From: Felis catus
Lineage: Eukaryota
Assembly (NCBI RefSeq): GCF_018350175.1
Contig: NC_058368.1
Coordinates: 168,146,001 to 168,210,000 of the forward strand
Length of the DNA: 64,000 nt
Direction of reading: 5' to 3'
Below the pieces are notes generated by a model, which saw only the letters and a program-made list of their open reading frames with translations, ran no database searches and was not told where the DNA came from. Position 1 is the stretch's first letter. Each line of letters begins with the position of its first letter. This document shows positions 1-13,265 of the stretch, piece by piece. A program made the position numbers and the translations under genes.

Positions 1-119
1 TCTCTGCTTTGTGCTTTGATCGCCACCATTACAAGATCCTCTGAGAGGAAATAATTATTGGTTCTACTCTCTTAAAGGGGGTCTCATGTAAGAAACATGG
101 AATGATGCAGAAAGAAAGA

Positions 120-520
120 TGCATTAGGGTCAAACAGGAAAACAGAAACCACTATAAGTATTTATTAAAATTACACGAAGGGAATTTCATTAAGGAAATT
201 GGTTATTCTGGTGAAGCAGAGGCTGAGAAGAAAAACTGGAGAGGCTAGTGTAAGCCAGAGATTTTGCAACAGCAGGAAGAACATGCACCCAAGGAGGGAA
301 GGACAAAAGGACGGGTCAGTGTTACTGGAATCCATGGGCTATGGCCATCCAATACAAGCTGGAGCTGCAGGGGATCTGTCCAGGGCTAGAACCATGGAGG
401 AAATAAAGCTGTCTCCAGTAATGTTACCTGAGACAGAGAGGGAGGGAGAGAAATACACTAGTTTCTCACTTCCTTTGGCCTAGCTGCCTCCCACTGAATG
501 CAGCCTGGAGAATGAAGTCC
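120..520. mobile_element. Old ERVL/MaLR-type LTR fragment
   Basis: Begins tgcattagggtc..caggaaaacagaaaccact, typical of old ERVL-class LTR ends. GA-rich body. Subfamily not resolved. Confidence 0.45.
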
Positions 521-3149
521 TCTGTGATGCAGAAGCACATAGCTTAGAGAGAAAAAAGGATCTGAGGACTAACAGAACTAGGGGTGAGAACAAAGTAAAA
601 GGAGAGGGTTAGGAGATCCAGTTTCCAAAAATAAGAAAAAAGTAGTAAATCTAATGGGAGTTCTTTATAACAACCCAGAAGCCTAACTGCCAGAGTATTC
701 CTGCAACTTGCCTGAGAAACGCGGTGCTAACCAACTTTGTTTTCTTTTCCAGCTAGATGAGATCTGTAAAAGTCATCACTTGTGCTGCCTTCTCAGGCAC
801 GGGGGTATTGTTTCATTTTTAAAGATCCAAGATTGATAGCCAATTGTATGTTGAAAAAGTACCTCTGCTCAAACATAATAACCAAGCATTTCCTCTAGTG
901 AATATAAAAGAGAAAGCTCCAGTGGAAAGCTTTCTCTTGGGAAAAAAAAAAAAACGTTGATGGCCAATCATCCCACTAGGATACAATCAATTGAAGGGAA
1001 GTCTACCGTTCAATTGCAGGGAAGTCTACAGGAGGGGAAGCAGCTATAGTCCTAAAGGTTTTGTAAATACAGTGTGATCAACAGCTTTTGTGTAAATGCC
1101 TGTGATACCTCTGGGCTGGATAGCAAACATGTAAGAAGCTCAATTGCCTTTAGTCAATGGACTCGATTGGCCTCTATTATTGGGCCAGGGTGTCTGGAGA
1201 AGAAGCAGCTCAGAACCAAACTTTATTCCAAAAAGAATTATGGAAAATAATGAGTAAAAATATGTTGGCTCAAATTCTGGTTAAATACTGAGGATTCAAG
1301 CTAAAATTTCAGAACACATACCTCTACTGTCACATAAATAAATTAGCTTTTGACTAACAGAGAGTTACTATGGAAATGAATTCCCTATTGTCCAAGAATG
1401 CGACTATAAAAAAGGCACAACATAATTTATCTTCCTTTCAGTATCCAGGAGCCCCTTCATCATTATAAACATCATATGATATTAAGCAAAATTGTAAAGA
1501 AAAATCTGGTTATTTGGTTTCTGAGTAATGATTAATGATTGGCATGGTGTGGGTGTGTACCATGTTTAACTATGTGTGTGAATGAATATAATATATTCAT
1601 ACATAGGCACTTCCCTGTGGCTAACAAGATCTGCCCAGGTGCAGTGAAATTAGTACTTAAGTACACAGTTAAATTAATTAAAAATAAAATGCTGGTAAAT
1701 ATTGTATAATCATTCAAAACTATTAAGTGAATATAACTGTCAATGGTTTTATATAATTGACTATGTCCCTTAAATAAATTTGGTTTCTATTTAGCTCTAA
1801 TTCTCAATAAATGTTTATTTTAAATTAATAAATGAGATCTGCTTACTTTATTTTTTCCCAGTAATATATTTCCTCATTAAGTTTCATTATAATTTATTCT
1901 CATTAGGCCCCAAATATGGTTTCTCTAATTCCGGCAGTCTGTTCTGTTGGGGCCCCATCCGTGTCTAATATTACAATTTATGTATAAACCACAAGACTGA
2001 GTGAAGTAGACTCACACTGTTCCTTAAATAAAATTTCTCTCACAAAACAGTGTGAAGGAATTTGAAAGTCTAAGAAAGCATGAAAGCAACATCTCCTAAT
2101 CTTTCTTAGATAAAGACTGACCTCATGTGTTAGAGACCTGATAAATAAAGTTGAAATCCTTTTTCATACGAATATAAGAATATCTGCCTCAAAACCACAA
2201 TTTATGAATAAGAAGTATGTGATAAAAAGTCAAGGGATAAAATGAGGATAATATAAGCAGTGTAAAACAATATTTAAAATATAAAAGCCAAGATCCAAGA
2301 AAGACCCTTTCAAAAAAGATTGCCTACTTTCTTCATTTTATATTATATATTTATATTAAAGCCTGAAGCAACCATTTTATCAAAGGATAGATATAACAAA
2401 GAAACTCATCTGTTCATTTTACTTGTTAGGACTTTCACAAATGGAGTCATTTGAAAGATGAATTCATTTATTTTACTCGTGTCACATTGATACATCCTGC
2501 CACTGTAGTTGTTGAAATGAAAAGGTAGCACAAACAAATATATATTACAACTAGAATGTGAGCAACAGGGTTATAAAATATAAAAAGAGTAACCTCATTG
2601 GACAGGTGTTACTGATGTAACAGAATAAAAAACTAAATGTGATAAATTGCCATAGCTTATGTAGATACTGCCTATACTAATTTAGCAAAGTAAAAATCAA
2701 AGTCATTAATTTGTGCAATAATAATAAGGTACAAGAGTATATTCTGATTCAGTGTACTGCTGCAGTAAGAATTTTTTAATAATTTTATTAAAAATACTAT
2801 TTTAGTTGTTCAGTGCATGAACTTACCCATAAGGGTGTTGGCAGGGAAAGGAAGAGAACAAAACAAAACAATGAAGAGCAGACATATGGTTATTAATCTT
2901 AAGATTCAGTATTGGCACTGAGATAGAAATAAAAGGATCATAAAGATTTAAAATAAGATTTATTTTCATGAAAATTTATTTTACATTTTTATTTTAATGA
3001 AAGAATAGGAGTAGATTAGGACTAAAGAGTTACCAGGAACTTTTGGACACCAGGATGAATATTTTTCTCATTACTTTATTTATTTTATTTTTTGACTACT
3101 TTAGTTACAGCCCAAGCACACTTCCTCTACAACCCAAGCAGCAGGTAGA

Positions 3150-3230
3150 CGCTATTATTATCCTTATTTTATAGATGAGGAAATTGAGGCAAAGAAATTA
3201 GGTGATTTGCCCCAGGTCATACCATCAGCT
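3150..3230 (-). mobile_element. MIR fragment
   Basis: attattatccttattttatagatgaggaaattgaggc...gatttgccccaggtca is the MIR core. Confidence 0.75.
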
Positions 3231-4271
3231 TTGATGACAGCAATAAGTGGTTTGCTGTCCATTGCAAACTTCTAAAAAAAAAAAATCAATTAATGGATCA
3301 CACCAGATCTAGATAATCATCGCCAATATTTTCAACATTCAGGTTTTGGGCTCAATTCCTAACTCTGGAGGCTAAATAGAACCAAAGCATGGTCATCTAA
3401 CAAACAAATCTTCATAATACTCACTGGCTCATACTTACTACAAAATATTTTAGAGCTGAATGAATTTAAGAACATGTATTTTTCCATATCTCAAAATAAC
3501 ACTCAACTACTATAATTACTTAGAAAAAAATGAAATGATAATCTATAACTAAACAGCAACATCATCCTTAAGGCAGCAAAACATTTTATTCTAACTGTAG
3601 AATAAAGTACTCTAAACTGATCAGTTGTTTGGAAATTTAAAAGGCAAGAAAGTTCATCTTTCATTTCTAGTCTCTGGATACACAAGAAAGGGAAGACAAA
3701 AATTGAGTTAGTTGCATGAATGAACATTCTTTCAGTTACTTAAGTTAAATTGACTGAAAAAAATCAATTTTGTTTTTCTTTAGAAAACATTTCATACTTT
3801 CAACCATAAGCACTTTTAAAATACGTGTTTTTTTTTTTTAAATCTTTAAATGTGATTATGGTCCAAAAAAATATCAGAAGTTTGGGCATTTTGTTTAGTT
3901 GTCTGTTACCTTGCCCAAAAAATTCTGTTTAAAAACAGAAACAAACATTAAAAACTTCAACCAAAACCATACCTGACATATCCCAAGAATTCAGGTCATG
4001 TTTATAAACTGAATAACTAAAGCAACAATAAGACCTAATGTAGCATCAGAATTATATTATTAACTAATTAACACTCACAGCTTTATAATATTTAGCAATC
4101 TTACTATATTCATATTTTAAAATAATATCAACACACATAACTTTAAAATATATCAGCAATCTAAAAAATACATCTACCTTTAAGTTATGACAAATATGAA
4201 TTTTTTACATGGTATATAATAAAAGTGAACTTTTTGTCAAAAATTCTTCCCCACCTTCCATAGTAGTAATT

Positions 4272-4490
4272 TATTTTTTAATTTTTTTTAAAGTTTATTT
4301 ATTTGAGAGAAAGCGTGGGCACACACATGCACCCAAACAGGGGAGGGTCAGAGAGAGAGGGAGAGAGAATCCCAAGTAGGCTCTGTGCTGTCAGCATGGA
4401 GCCCCAACATGGGGCTCAAGTTCATGAACCGTGAGATCACGATGAGCTAAAACCAAGAGTCGACGCTTGGTGGGCCACACAGGTGCCCCC
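4272..4490 (-). mobile_element. Can-SINE
   Basis: Poly-T, (GA)n, and the reverse-complemented tRNA-derived head ending caggtgcccc. Confidence 0.9.
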
Positions 4491-5079
4491 GTTAGTAGAT
4501 ATTTAAAGTAAGATCTAATAAAAGATTAAAATCATTTTAGCTGATCTGATGTAAACTTACAACGGATCTGCAGCATTAAATTCACGAACCCACAGCATTT
4601 CTGAAGTTTGTACTCCAACTACAGGTAAAAATAACTTGCCACTTTGACATTTCAGACTCCATAGATCTATCTGTTCAACTGATTTTTAAATTAATATTAT
4701 ATGCTAATATAAATTATTGTTAATTATTATCTTGAACACTTCCCATGTTCGCATGCATTCTTAAAAAGTATGATATTGAATGGTGTGATTTTATCATGTG
4801 ACATTAATATAAACATTTTTAAATTTTTGACCTCTTAAAAGCTTTTTTTATTATTATGGAAATTTTCAAATTCAAACAACAGTAATGAGGATAAGGTAAT
4901 AAACCTCCATGTCCTATAATCTAGCTCAATTATCTATAGTTTGCCATTTTTCATCGGCCAATCCACGTTTTCTTCTTTTTATCTTCTTTGAAATACTTCA
5001 AACCAAATGCCTAAACACTGTGTTACCAGTAAATACTCATGTGTATCTCTTACTGATAAAGTTTTTTAGTTAGATTGTT

Positions 5080-5176
5080 TGTTTATTTTTTAAGTTCTAC
5101 ACCCAACATGAGGTGTGAACTCATGACCCGGAGATCAACAGATGCAGGCTCCACCAACTGAGCCAGCCAAGTGCCT
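5080..5176 (-). mobile_element. Short Can-SINE
   Basis: tctacacccaacatg...ccaactgagccagccaagtgcc. Confidence 0.8.
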
Positions 5177-5179
5177 CAA

Positions 5180-6510
5180 AGTTTTTAAATACAACAAATA
5201 TTTGGTAGAATTCACCAGTAAAGCAATTTGGGCCTGGAGTATTATTGGAGGGAAGGTTCTTAACTACAAATGCAATTTCTTTAACAGATACAGAGATATT
5301 CAGATTATGTACTTCTTGAGTGTGCTTTGGTAATCTGTCTTTCAAATGAATTTTTCATTTCATTAATTTATTAAATTTCTAGGCATAAACACATTCCCTT
5401 GTTATCCTTTTAACATCTGTAGAATCTGTAGTTATGACATGATATTGGCAAGTTGTGTCTTGTCTTTGTCTCTCTGTCTCTCCTTTTCTTAATCAGTTTA
5501 AGTAGAGATTTATCAATTTGATCTATTTTATCATAGAACCAGTTTTTTGTTGTTTTTTTTTTTTTAATTTTTTTTTCAACGTTTATTTATTTTGGGGACA
5601 GAGAGAGACAGAGCATGAACAGGGGAGGGGCAGAGAGAGGGAGACACAGAATCAGAAGCAGGCTCCAGGCTCTGAGCCATCAGCCCAGAGCCTGACGCGG
5701 GGCTCGAACTCATGGACCGCGAGATCGTGACCTGGCTGAAGTCGGACGCTTAACCGACTACGCCATCCAGGCGCCCCGAACCAGTTTTTAATTTCAGTGA
5801 TTTTTCTTTTCTTTTTGTTTTCCATTTCATTGACTTCCATTTTGATCTTTACTATTTCCTTTCCTCTGCTTACTTTGAGTTTAATTTGCTCTTCTTCTTT
5901 AAGTTTCATAAGGTAAAAGTTTATAACGTAGAAAGTCACCAAATTCAGATGTTCTTTTTTTTTCTTATATAGGTGTTTAGTGCTATTTAATTTTACCTAA
6001 AGGGTAATTTAGCAGGATCACACTAAATCATCAGTGTTGTGTTTTCATTCTCATTCAGTTAAAAATACTTGCTAATTTCTCTTTTGATTTCTTCTGTACT
6101 CATGGGTTATTTAGGATTGGGTGTGCAAAAGAGATCATCTACAGACCTCTGGGATTCCCTATGAGTTCTCTATGGGGTTCTCTCCACTCTGGTGGTCTGT
6201 CCTCTGAACTCTGGCTGCCTTGGTCTCCCTGGACTTCCTGTTCTGTCTTAACTCAAGAGTGTCTGCTGAGTTTTGCCTGGGTTACCCCCCCGCCCATGCC
6301 CACCCTGTGCTATGTGCTGGAAATTCTTTCAGTGCATTAGATGGAAGCAATCATAGGACTCCTCTTGCTTCTCATATCTCAGGGGTCACTGTCCTTAGTT
6401 GTCTGACAGCCAGTGTCTTGAAGACTACTGTTACATATATTTTGCCTGGTTTGGGGGATATTTCAAGGAAAAGAGTAAATCTGGTCCCTATTGCTCCATC
6501 TTAGCTAGAA
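5180..6510 (-). mobile_element. L1 fragments (ORF2 and upstream part), interrupted by a SINE
   Basis: ORF 5121-5345(-) LPKHTQEVHNLN...KNLPSNNTPGPNCFTGEFYQIF resembles L1 ORF2 (PGPDGFTGEFYQTF motif). Confidence 0.85.
5548..5777 (-). mobile_element. Young felid SINEC_Fc-type SINE
   Basis: CpG-rich near-consensus body. TSD gaaccagttttt at 5536-5547 and 5778-5789. Confidence 0.95.
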
Positions 6511-7361
6511 AAATAAATCATTTTATTCTGTTTTTTATATATCATTATGAATTCAAGATTTTTGTACATTTGGTTTGCTTTAACCCATTGCAGCCATTTT
6601 CCTTTTTGATATTCAAAGTAAGCCAACTTAGGCCACTGGGAACCATTTCATGTTTACTTTGGGTCCTTTTGACGTGTTTCTATTAGTTCATTCAGTGGCA
6701 AATGATACTTAGGCACCACCATCTAGACGCTAGGGGTTAATTACATATTTGCATTTGCTAAATCTGTTTTTGAAGAGTAGGAGGGAAAACAATATAGAAA
6801 TATTTTATATTTATAAACAGATACATTGCAGTGAAAGAACAAACATACCTGTGTTGGAGAAGACTCAATTCTGTCACATACAACACGTCACTAAGATTCT
6901 CAACTGTTAAATGGAGACCTCAAAAGTTCTTATTATTGCTTCTTGAATATGGGTCTCAATGTTTCCAAACACAGCCTAGTGAACCTGACTTTATCTTCTC
7001 AACTTGGCTGCATTCAGTCTTAGCTATTTCTGGACTCTAATTTGCAATCATAGGAGACTAGAAGGAAGACCTCCTACTCTAAGATTATTTGATATTAGCA
7101 GAATTTATCTGAAGACTAAGGGTATTTCGTCAATAAATATTGCAAAATGAGTAACAGTCTAGTCAAGGCTGAGAGCATCAAAGTAAAATTGAGCCCAATG
7201 ATCCATAGTAATAGGATATCAATATTTTTCCACCTATTCCAAATCTTCTGTCTTCTTGCCCTTGGTGTAACAAATCCCCAATCTTCCTTTCTAAATTATT
7301 AATTTGGTTTCTTAGTTTCAGGGAAACCCCCCTCATAGTCCCTTCTAGGTTAATGATTCTG

Positions 7362-7566
7362 TTTTTAAATTTATTTATTTCAGAGAGAGAGAACAAGCAT
7401 GTGCACAGGAGAGGGGAGAGCAGAGAGAGAGGGAGAGAGAATCTCAAGCAGACTCTGCACTGCCAGCACAGTGCCTGACACAGGACTCAATCTCAAGAAC
7501 CATGAGATCAAGACCTGACCGAAATCGAGTAGGACTCTTAACCGACTAAGCCACCCAGGTGCCCCA
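7362..7566 (-). mobile_element. Can-SINE
   Basis: Typical body ending gccacccaggtgcccc. Confidence 0.9.
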
Positions 7567-8000
7567 CAGGTCAATTACTTTTAAATGCATAGGTTCTTCT
7601 GGGTACAAAAAACTCTAAAGATAGATCATCTAATTTAGACACATCTCTTCATAGACAGGAAAGTAAATCATGGAGGTTTTATGTCATTTGCCTCTTTTAG
7701 CAAACTGAGAGTCAGAGACTTAGAAAAGTAATATATTGGGAAGAATTTCTAAACCATATAAACTTAAACATATTTACACCAATAGCTCTCAACACTCTGC
7801 ATCTCACATCTCTTAAATCATTAATTTAAAAATTATATACCATGATGATAAGAAGGGTAACACAACTTCCTCGGAGCATTTATATATTTATAAACATTTT
7901 GTGAATGTAAATTACATTTTGTGCAATATCTGAGTATGAAAACTGTCAGAATGCAAATATTTTAACCCAAAAGCTTTTATTTTATTAAAACCTGAGTTCT

Positions 8001-8218
8001 TTTTTAAATTTTTTTAATGTTTGTTTATTTTTGAGAGAGACAGAGACAGGATGTGAGTGGGTTAGGGGCAGAAAGAGAGGGAGACACAGAATCTGAAGCA
8101 GGCTCCAGGCTCCGAGCTGTCAGCACAGAGCCCCATGTGGGGCTCAAACTCACGAGCTGTGAGATCATGACCTGAGCGGAAGTCAGACGCTCAACCAACT
8201 GAGCCACCCAGGTGCCCC
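8001..8218 (-). mobile_element. Can-SINE
   Basis: Full body. Degenerate TSD taaaacctgagttct / taaaacatgatttct. Confidence 0.92.
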
Positions 8219-10058
8219 TAAAACATGATTTCTACCCTTAGTATTCAAGAGATAAAAACAATTAAAATAGCTTTAGAGAAGCTATGCATGCTTAAAATTC
8301 TATCTTGCCTTTATTTGAATCCAAGAAAATAAGCAATATTATACCACCAACCAGTCTTCTCATCAGAGCAAAAGACTTTATTGACCAACAAAGAATGATC
8401 CTCAAAAGTCTGTGGACTGGCTTTGATATTAATCCAGTAGATCTGAACTACTGACAGTCCAAACCACCAATTCCGGCCTATAATCTTCAGAAGAACATTC
8501 TCAGCAAATTCAGCCTTCCAACGCAGACATTTGCTATTTGCTATAGCTGCTATTTTGTCACTGAGAGTAATTCTGATCTTTTAAGTACCAGTGTACCATA
8601 ATTTTTGGCCATCTCAAAATGCTCAGGGAAGCACTTACTGATCTAATAAGTCTTGTTTTGTCTTTAATGAGTACAATTTCTAGCGATCATAAAAATCCCA
8701 CATATGGTCATTATAACACTTGTTGTGCACAATCTGTTCATCCAAAGGCATTTCTACCCTACACTATAAACAACATTAGATGTGACTAGAAAAACATTCA
8801 TCCACCAAGATGTTCCAGGCCAAGGTTATAGGAAATGAATAAAAATTATGGTCATGTATGGTCTTGGTTACACTAAGATATTCTGATAGAACAATAATTG
8901 AGAATGATGTGTTTTTCGTCTCCACCAGCTTTAGTCTCTGGTCCTCAAAAAACAACTAAAGTTGGTCAGTTATCAGTCATTTAAGACACAGGACAATCAC
9001 AGGATCTGTTTCAGACACACCAGACCAAAACAATGATTTGATATTCTTCTCTCAAAGTTTGCTCTGATTTTCAAGCAACTTAGATATAACAAAATCCATT
9101 TTAATACTAGGAGTAACATTAGCTTAGCATTTACTGCAATTTTGACGCTGAGGCAAGCACCTTGCATGTATTATTTCAATTAATACCCTGAAAAATATTT
9201 GTCTACTCAGCTAATAAGTGCCAGAGACAAGATTCAAACTCAAGCAAACAACAGAGCCCAGGCACCTATCCCCTGTGCCTTTATTGGAGAGTCCCACGTA
9301 ACTCATTATCATTTGCTCTCTTCCTAGAAAGAAAAGAAAAAGATTATTTCCCACTAAACTGTAAGCTTAAAGAGACCTGAAGAGACCAAGCTCTGAGAAA
9401 CCTGGGATCTCAACCGGTTTATTTCAACATTGTGCTGCTAACACAACAGTTTCCTAAGAGTAGTGAAATGAAGGAAAGGTGAATGAAAAGGTTACTCAAC
9501 TACAAAGTGGGAAAGGCAAGGACTCATACCCATTATCCTAAGTATAATATGATGCAGCTGAAATCTATCCAATGACAAATTTCAGATAATACACAGGTAA
9601 ATTTTATAGTCATCCAGTCTTCATTACACACATGTAAGAATTAGCTCCTAATTATTTTAAAGCTCTGGAGTAAAGCTGACACATAAGTGAGAGATTACAA
9701 AGGAAATGGCATTTTCATCATTGCCAAAATATGATATTTTATATATTTGGTATAAAAGTGAACTCTCCTAGAAGGTTAATTTTTGACATAAATTCACCTC
9801 TCTTTTCACCTTACATTTTCAGCTTAATCATATGCATGAGACATATGTACTTCCTAAAAGCCAAATGCAATAAATTAACATTTAAATAATTTTTGTTAGA
9901 TAGATCAGTTTCTTTAATGCATGTATTTATCTCATAGTCATTAGCAATGAAAAAGCAAGAAAGTAAGCTTTCTTGTTTAAATGAATGTTCCATTTAAGAA
10001 AGGATAGATTTTGTATTGTTGCTTTAAACTGATCTCAACTACCAAATCCTAGTACACT

Positions 10059-10273
10059 TTTATTTTTTTTTTAATGTTTGTTTACTTTTGAGAGAGAGAC
10101 ACACAGAGTGTGAGCAGGGGAGGGGCAGAGAGAGGGAGACACAGAATGTGAAGCAGGTTCCAGGTTCCGACCTGTCAGAACAGAGCCTGATGCGGGGCTC
10201 AAACTCAGGAGCCGCAAGATCATGATCTGAGTCGAAGTCTGATGCTTAACCAACTCAGCCACCCAGGCACCCC
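10059..10273 (-). mobile_element. Can-SINE about 115 nt from the FBXL17 donor
   Basis: Perfect 14-bp TSD aatcctagtacact at 10045-10058 and 10274-10287. Confidence 0.95.
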
Positions 10274-10388
10274 AATCCTAGTACACTCCTGTAATGGTCT
10301 GACTGTTCCTCACTCAAATACATTTACCAATGCTAGGGTGCTGATATGAATGATAGAAAGGCTAAGGAGATGCAGCCACAGAACCTAC

Positions 10389-10496
10389 CTTGGTTAGGTG
10401 AATGACTCCTTTAGAAGTAACCGAACAACCCATGAAGCCAACGTACTGAAGTTCAGGACAGTGCTCAGCAAATGCTTTCACTGACTGATCTGTTAC
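10389..10496 (-). CDS. FBXL17: Internal coding exon of F-box/LRR-repeat protein 17 (leucine-rich repeat region)
   Basis: Minus strand reads ...ttattcgtgtcccttccctag|GTAACAGAT...CTAACCAAG|gtaggt. 108 nt, phase 0/0, translating to VTDQSVKAFAEHCPELQYVGFMGCSVTSKGVIHLTK, which matches the mammalian FBXL17 LRR segment as I recall it. Absent from the ORF track (too short, no start codon). Confidence 0.96.
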
Positions 10497-10659
10497 CTAG
10501 GGAAGGGACACGAATAAAGTTATTCAAAGTGGCATCCCAGCGAGTTTAAAGATTTGGCTCCTGCAAATTCCCTCTGTCCTACCTTGTGTCATTAATATTT
10601 CCCTTTCTGTTGGCTCATTTTAATCTGTTTACAAACATGCAGCAATATCTCCTGTGGGT

Positions 10660-10771
10660 TTTTTTAACTTTATTTCTTTTTCAAGTAATCTCTACACCCA
10701 ACATGGGGCCTGAACTCACAACCCCAAGATCAAGAGGCACATGCTCTTCTGACTGAACCAGCCAGGCACCC
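10660..10771 (-). mobile_element. Short Can-SINE
   Basis: aagtaatctctacacccaacatgggg...gccaggcaccc. Confidence 0.85.
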
Positions 10772-10824
10772 AAGATGTCAACACTCTCCATCACCACTTC
10801 TTCCTACCAATCTCTCTCAATGTA

Positions 10825-11035
10825 CATATTTTCTATTGACATATAATCCACACACTATAACATTCACCCTTTCAAAGGGTACCGTTCAGTGGTTTTTAGC
10901 ATATTCACAATTGTGCACCCATCTAACCCTAGAACATGCTTATCACCCCCAAAAGAGTTGCCCTCAATTCTTGGCAACTTTCCACCTCTATGGATTTGCC
11001 TGGTCTGAACATTTTTTATCATGGAAATTATATAA
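10825..11035 (-). mobile_element. L1 3' end fragment
   Basis: cattcaccctttcaaag..cagtggtttttagcatattcaca...ctctatggatttgcct resembles an L1MB-type 3' UTR. Confidence 0.7.
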
Positions 11036-11147
11036 CTGGTTCCTAAAAGACAACAATGGTCTCTTTATAAGGTTTCTACCTTCAAGTGTTTCTTTCAAGG
11101 AATCTGACTTTGCCCCTCGCTGCTTCAAATTCTTTAAATTAGGATGG

Positions 11148-11637
11148 TGTGATGATTAATTTTATGTGTCAACATGGCTATACAATGGGGCACCAAAATA
11201 TTTGGTTAAACAGTGTTCTGGGTATGTCTGTGAGGATATTTGTGATGAGATTAACATTTGAGATGGTGTACTGAGTAAAGCAGACTGTCCTCCCCAATGT
11301 GAGTGGGCCTCATCTAACCCACTGGAGTTCTGAATGTAACAAAAAAGCTGAGTAAGGGAGACTTGGCTCACTCTCTCTCACTCTAGCTCTTTTGTTCTCG
11401 CTCTTGCTCTTTCTCTCTCTACCTGGCTATCTTCAAGCTGAGACATCAGTCTCCTACCTTCAGATTCAAACTTGGACTAGAACTTACACTGCTGGCTCTA
11501 CTGGTTCTTACGCCTTTGGACTCAGATTAGAACCATATCATCAGCTTTTCTGTGTCTCCAGATTGCGACCTCAGGTTTTAGAACTTCTTGGCTTCCATAA
11601 ATGTGTAAGCCAATTCCTTACAATAATCTCTTTATAG

Positions 11638-11687
<50 letters not shown>

Positions 11688-11758
11688 TTTCTCTCTCTCT
11701 CTCTTTCTCTCTCTCTCTCATACGGATTCTGTTTCTCAAGAAAACCCTGACTAATGTA
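11148..11758 (+). mobile_element. MLT2-type (ERVL) solo LTR containing (CA)n/(CT)n microsatellites
   Basis: Starts tgtgatgattaattttatgtgtcaac and ends aaaccctgactaat. (CA)n at 11640-11686. Confidence 0.88.
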
Positions 11759-13059
11759 ATACATATTAGAATTCCCTGAGGAGTTCATTAAATATTCAGA
11801 GCCAAAAGGGTGAGGCCCAAGAATCCCTATTTTTAATAAGCCCCTGAGTGACTCCTAGGCATGTAAAAGCTTGAGGCCCAAGTGCTGCCAAGAAGTTACC
11901 TTGACAACTTTTGACATTTCCACCTGGCCCTACTTTAAACAAAGGGCAAAGTGAAATTCCTTTTTTGTCTTCCCCCACCTCCAGAAAATTTCAGTGTATA
12001 AAATTATCCTCTTGTAATTGTGCTAAAATTCTCTTCACTGTTCCACAAAGTGGTAGTTTATAAAAGAAGGTCCAAATATTCTCTACCATAGGCTTAATTT
12101 CAGTTTCATTTTCTTCACAGTCAAGATGAGATCAACAAGTTAAACACCTTTGTTAGTTTTTCAAACAGCAGTGACAAATCTCTTTTGCATTAGCTTTAAT
12201 ATGGGTGACACTTTGTATCTTCCTTATCTATTCTGAATAGATATTGGAAAATAAAGGTATGTGGGTAGCATTAATTCTAAAACAATCACAAGAACATTTT
12301 CCTAAAATAATGAAACCAACAGCATCCATGGTACATCTGATAAAAGATTAATTCTGCACTCAAAAGTAAAGTATGCTTTAGCATATTAAGGCTAAGGGTG
12401 CCATTGATAAATTAAAAATGGGCCTTCCTGACACTCAGCTTTCTAAAAAACGTTATGTTAACAAAGAATGTTTCAAGCACTAAAATCGCCTGAAGCCTCA
12501 ATGGAAACCAATTTCTATTTTTTAAAAAGAGGGTAGGGGTTAACAGAGGTTAAATACATATGGTCAGGTGGTTAAATACCCTGCCCAATCTCACTCTAAC
12601 ATCTAGCCTTTCCTACCTCCATCTTCAAGGAGGGGAGAGGAACTCAGATAAGGATTAAGGACACAAGAAAGCTCAGGTCCAAGGTGTTAAATCTTGCAGA
12701 GAGAAGAAAAAAGAGTATTAAAAATTTGGTTTGCGGGTCTTCCTCGTTCAGCTCAAGCAATCAGAACAAGAGAACTCAGAGGAGCTTCCAGCACCAAAAG
12801 AGTCCTATAAGTCAAGCAAGACCAGAGTAAGTCCTTGGGATATAGAAACACTCTTAACTACGCTTGGGTATGTTTTAGGAGACTAATCAAAGGGCCTTGA
12901 AGATTCGGGCAGGGTCTGGCTCCATTCCAAAGAATAGAAGATATGTTAGAAATTTGGGGTTAAATATCTCACTTGTTTCAGGCAGAAATAAGTATAGACT
13001 GCAAGCAGCAGGTACTGGTGAGTATCAGCTTCTCTGGGACCCAGTAGTCTGCCTAACTC

Positions 13060-13265
13060 TTTTCAAATCCCAGGTGGACCACTTATTAGCTGTGTAATTT
13101 TAAGCAAGTCATTTCATGTCTCTATACTTTGTTCCTTCTATAACACAGAGAAAATAACAGTACCTAGCTCACAGGGTAAAATATGAGGCTAGATAAATGC
13201 ATATAAAATGTTTTGAACAGGACATGGTTCATTGTAATTGCTTAACACATTTTAGCTATTATCAT
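13060..13265 (+). mobile_element. MIR
   Basis: ccacttattagctgtgtaattttaagcaagtcattt...cagtacctagctcacaggg. Confidence 0.75.

Larger units (their letters stand above)
1..10388 (-). other. FBXL17: FBXL17 intron downstream of the exon (next exon outside window)
   Basis: GT donor at 10388-10387. The expected next peptide (LRNLSSLDLRH...) was not found in 1-10388. Confidence 0.8.

Noticed and set aside
8340..9070. Unique-looking block possibly from an ancient LINE (RTE/L4 or CR1)
   Set aside because: Only vague peptide resemblance, which I could not support without a profile search.
10490..10498. AG|GTAAC at the exon start, resembling a recursive splice site
   Set aside because: The reconstituted donor (GTAACA) is weak and is explained by Val-Thr codons.
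12690..12832. Plus-strand exon-like segment ending in gtaagt
   Set aside because: Weak acceptor and no recognisable protein. More likely part of an old LTR.
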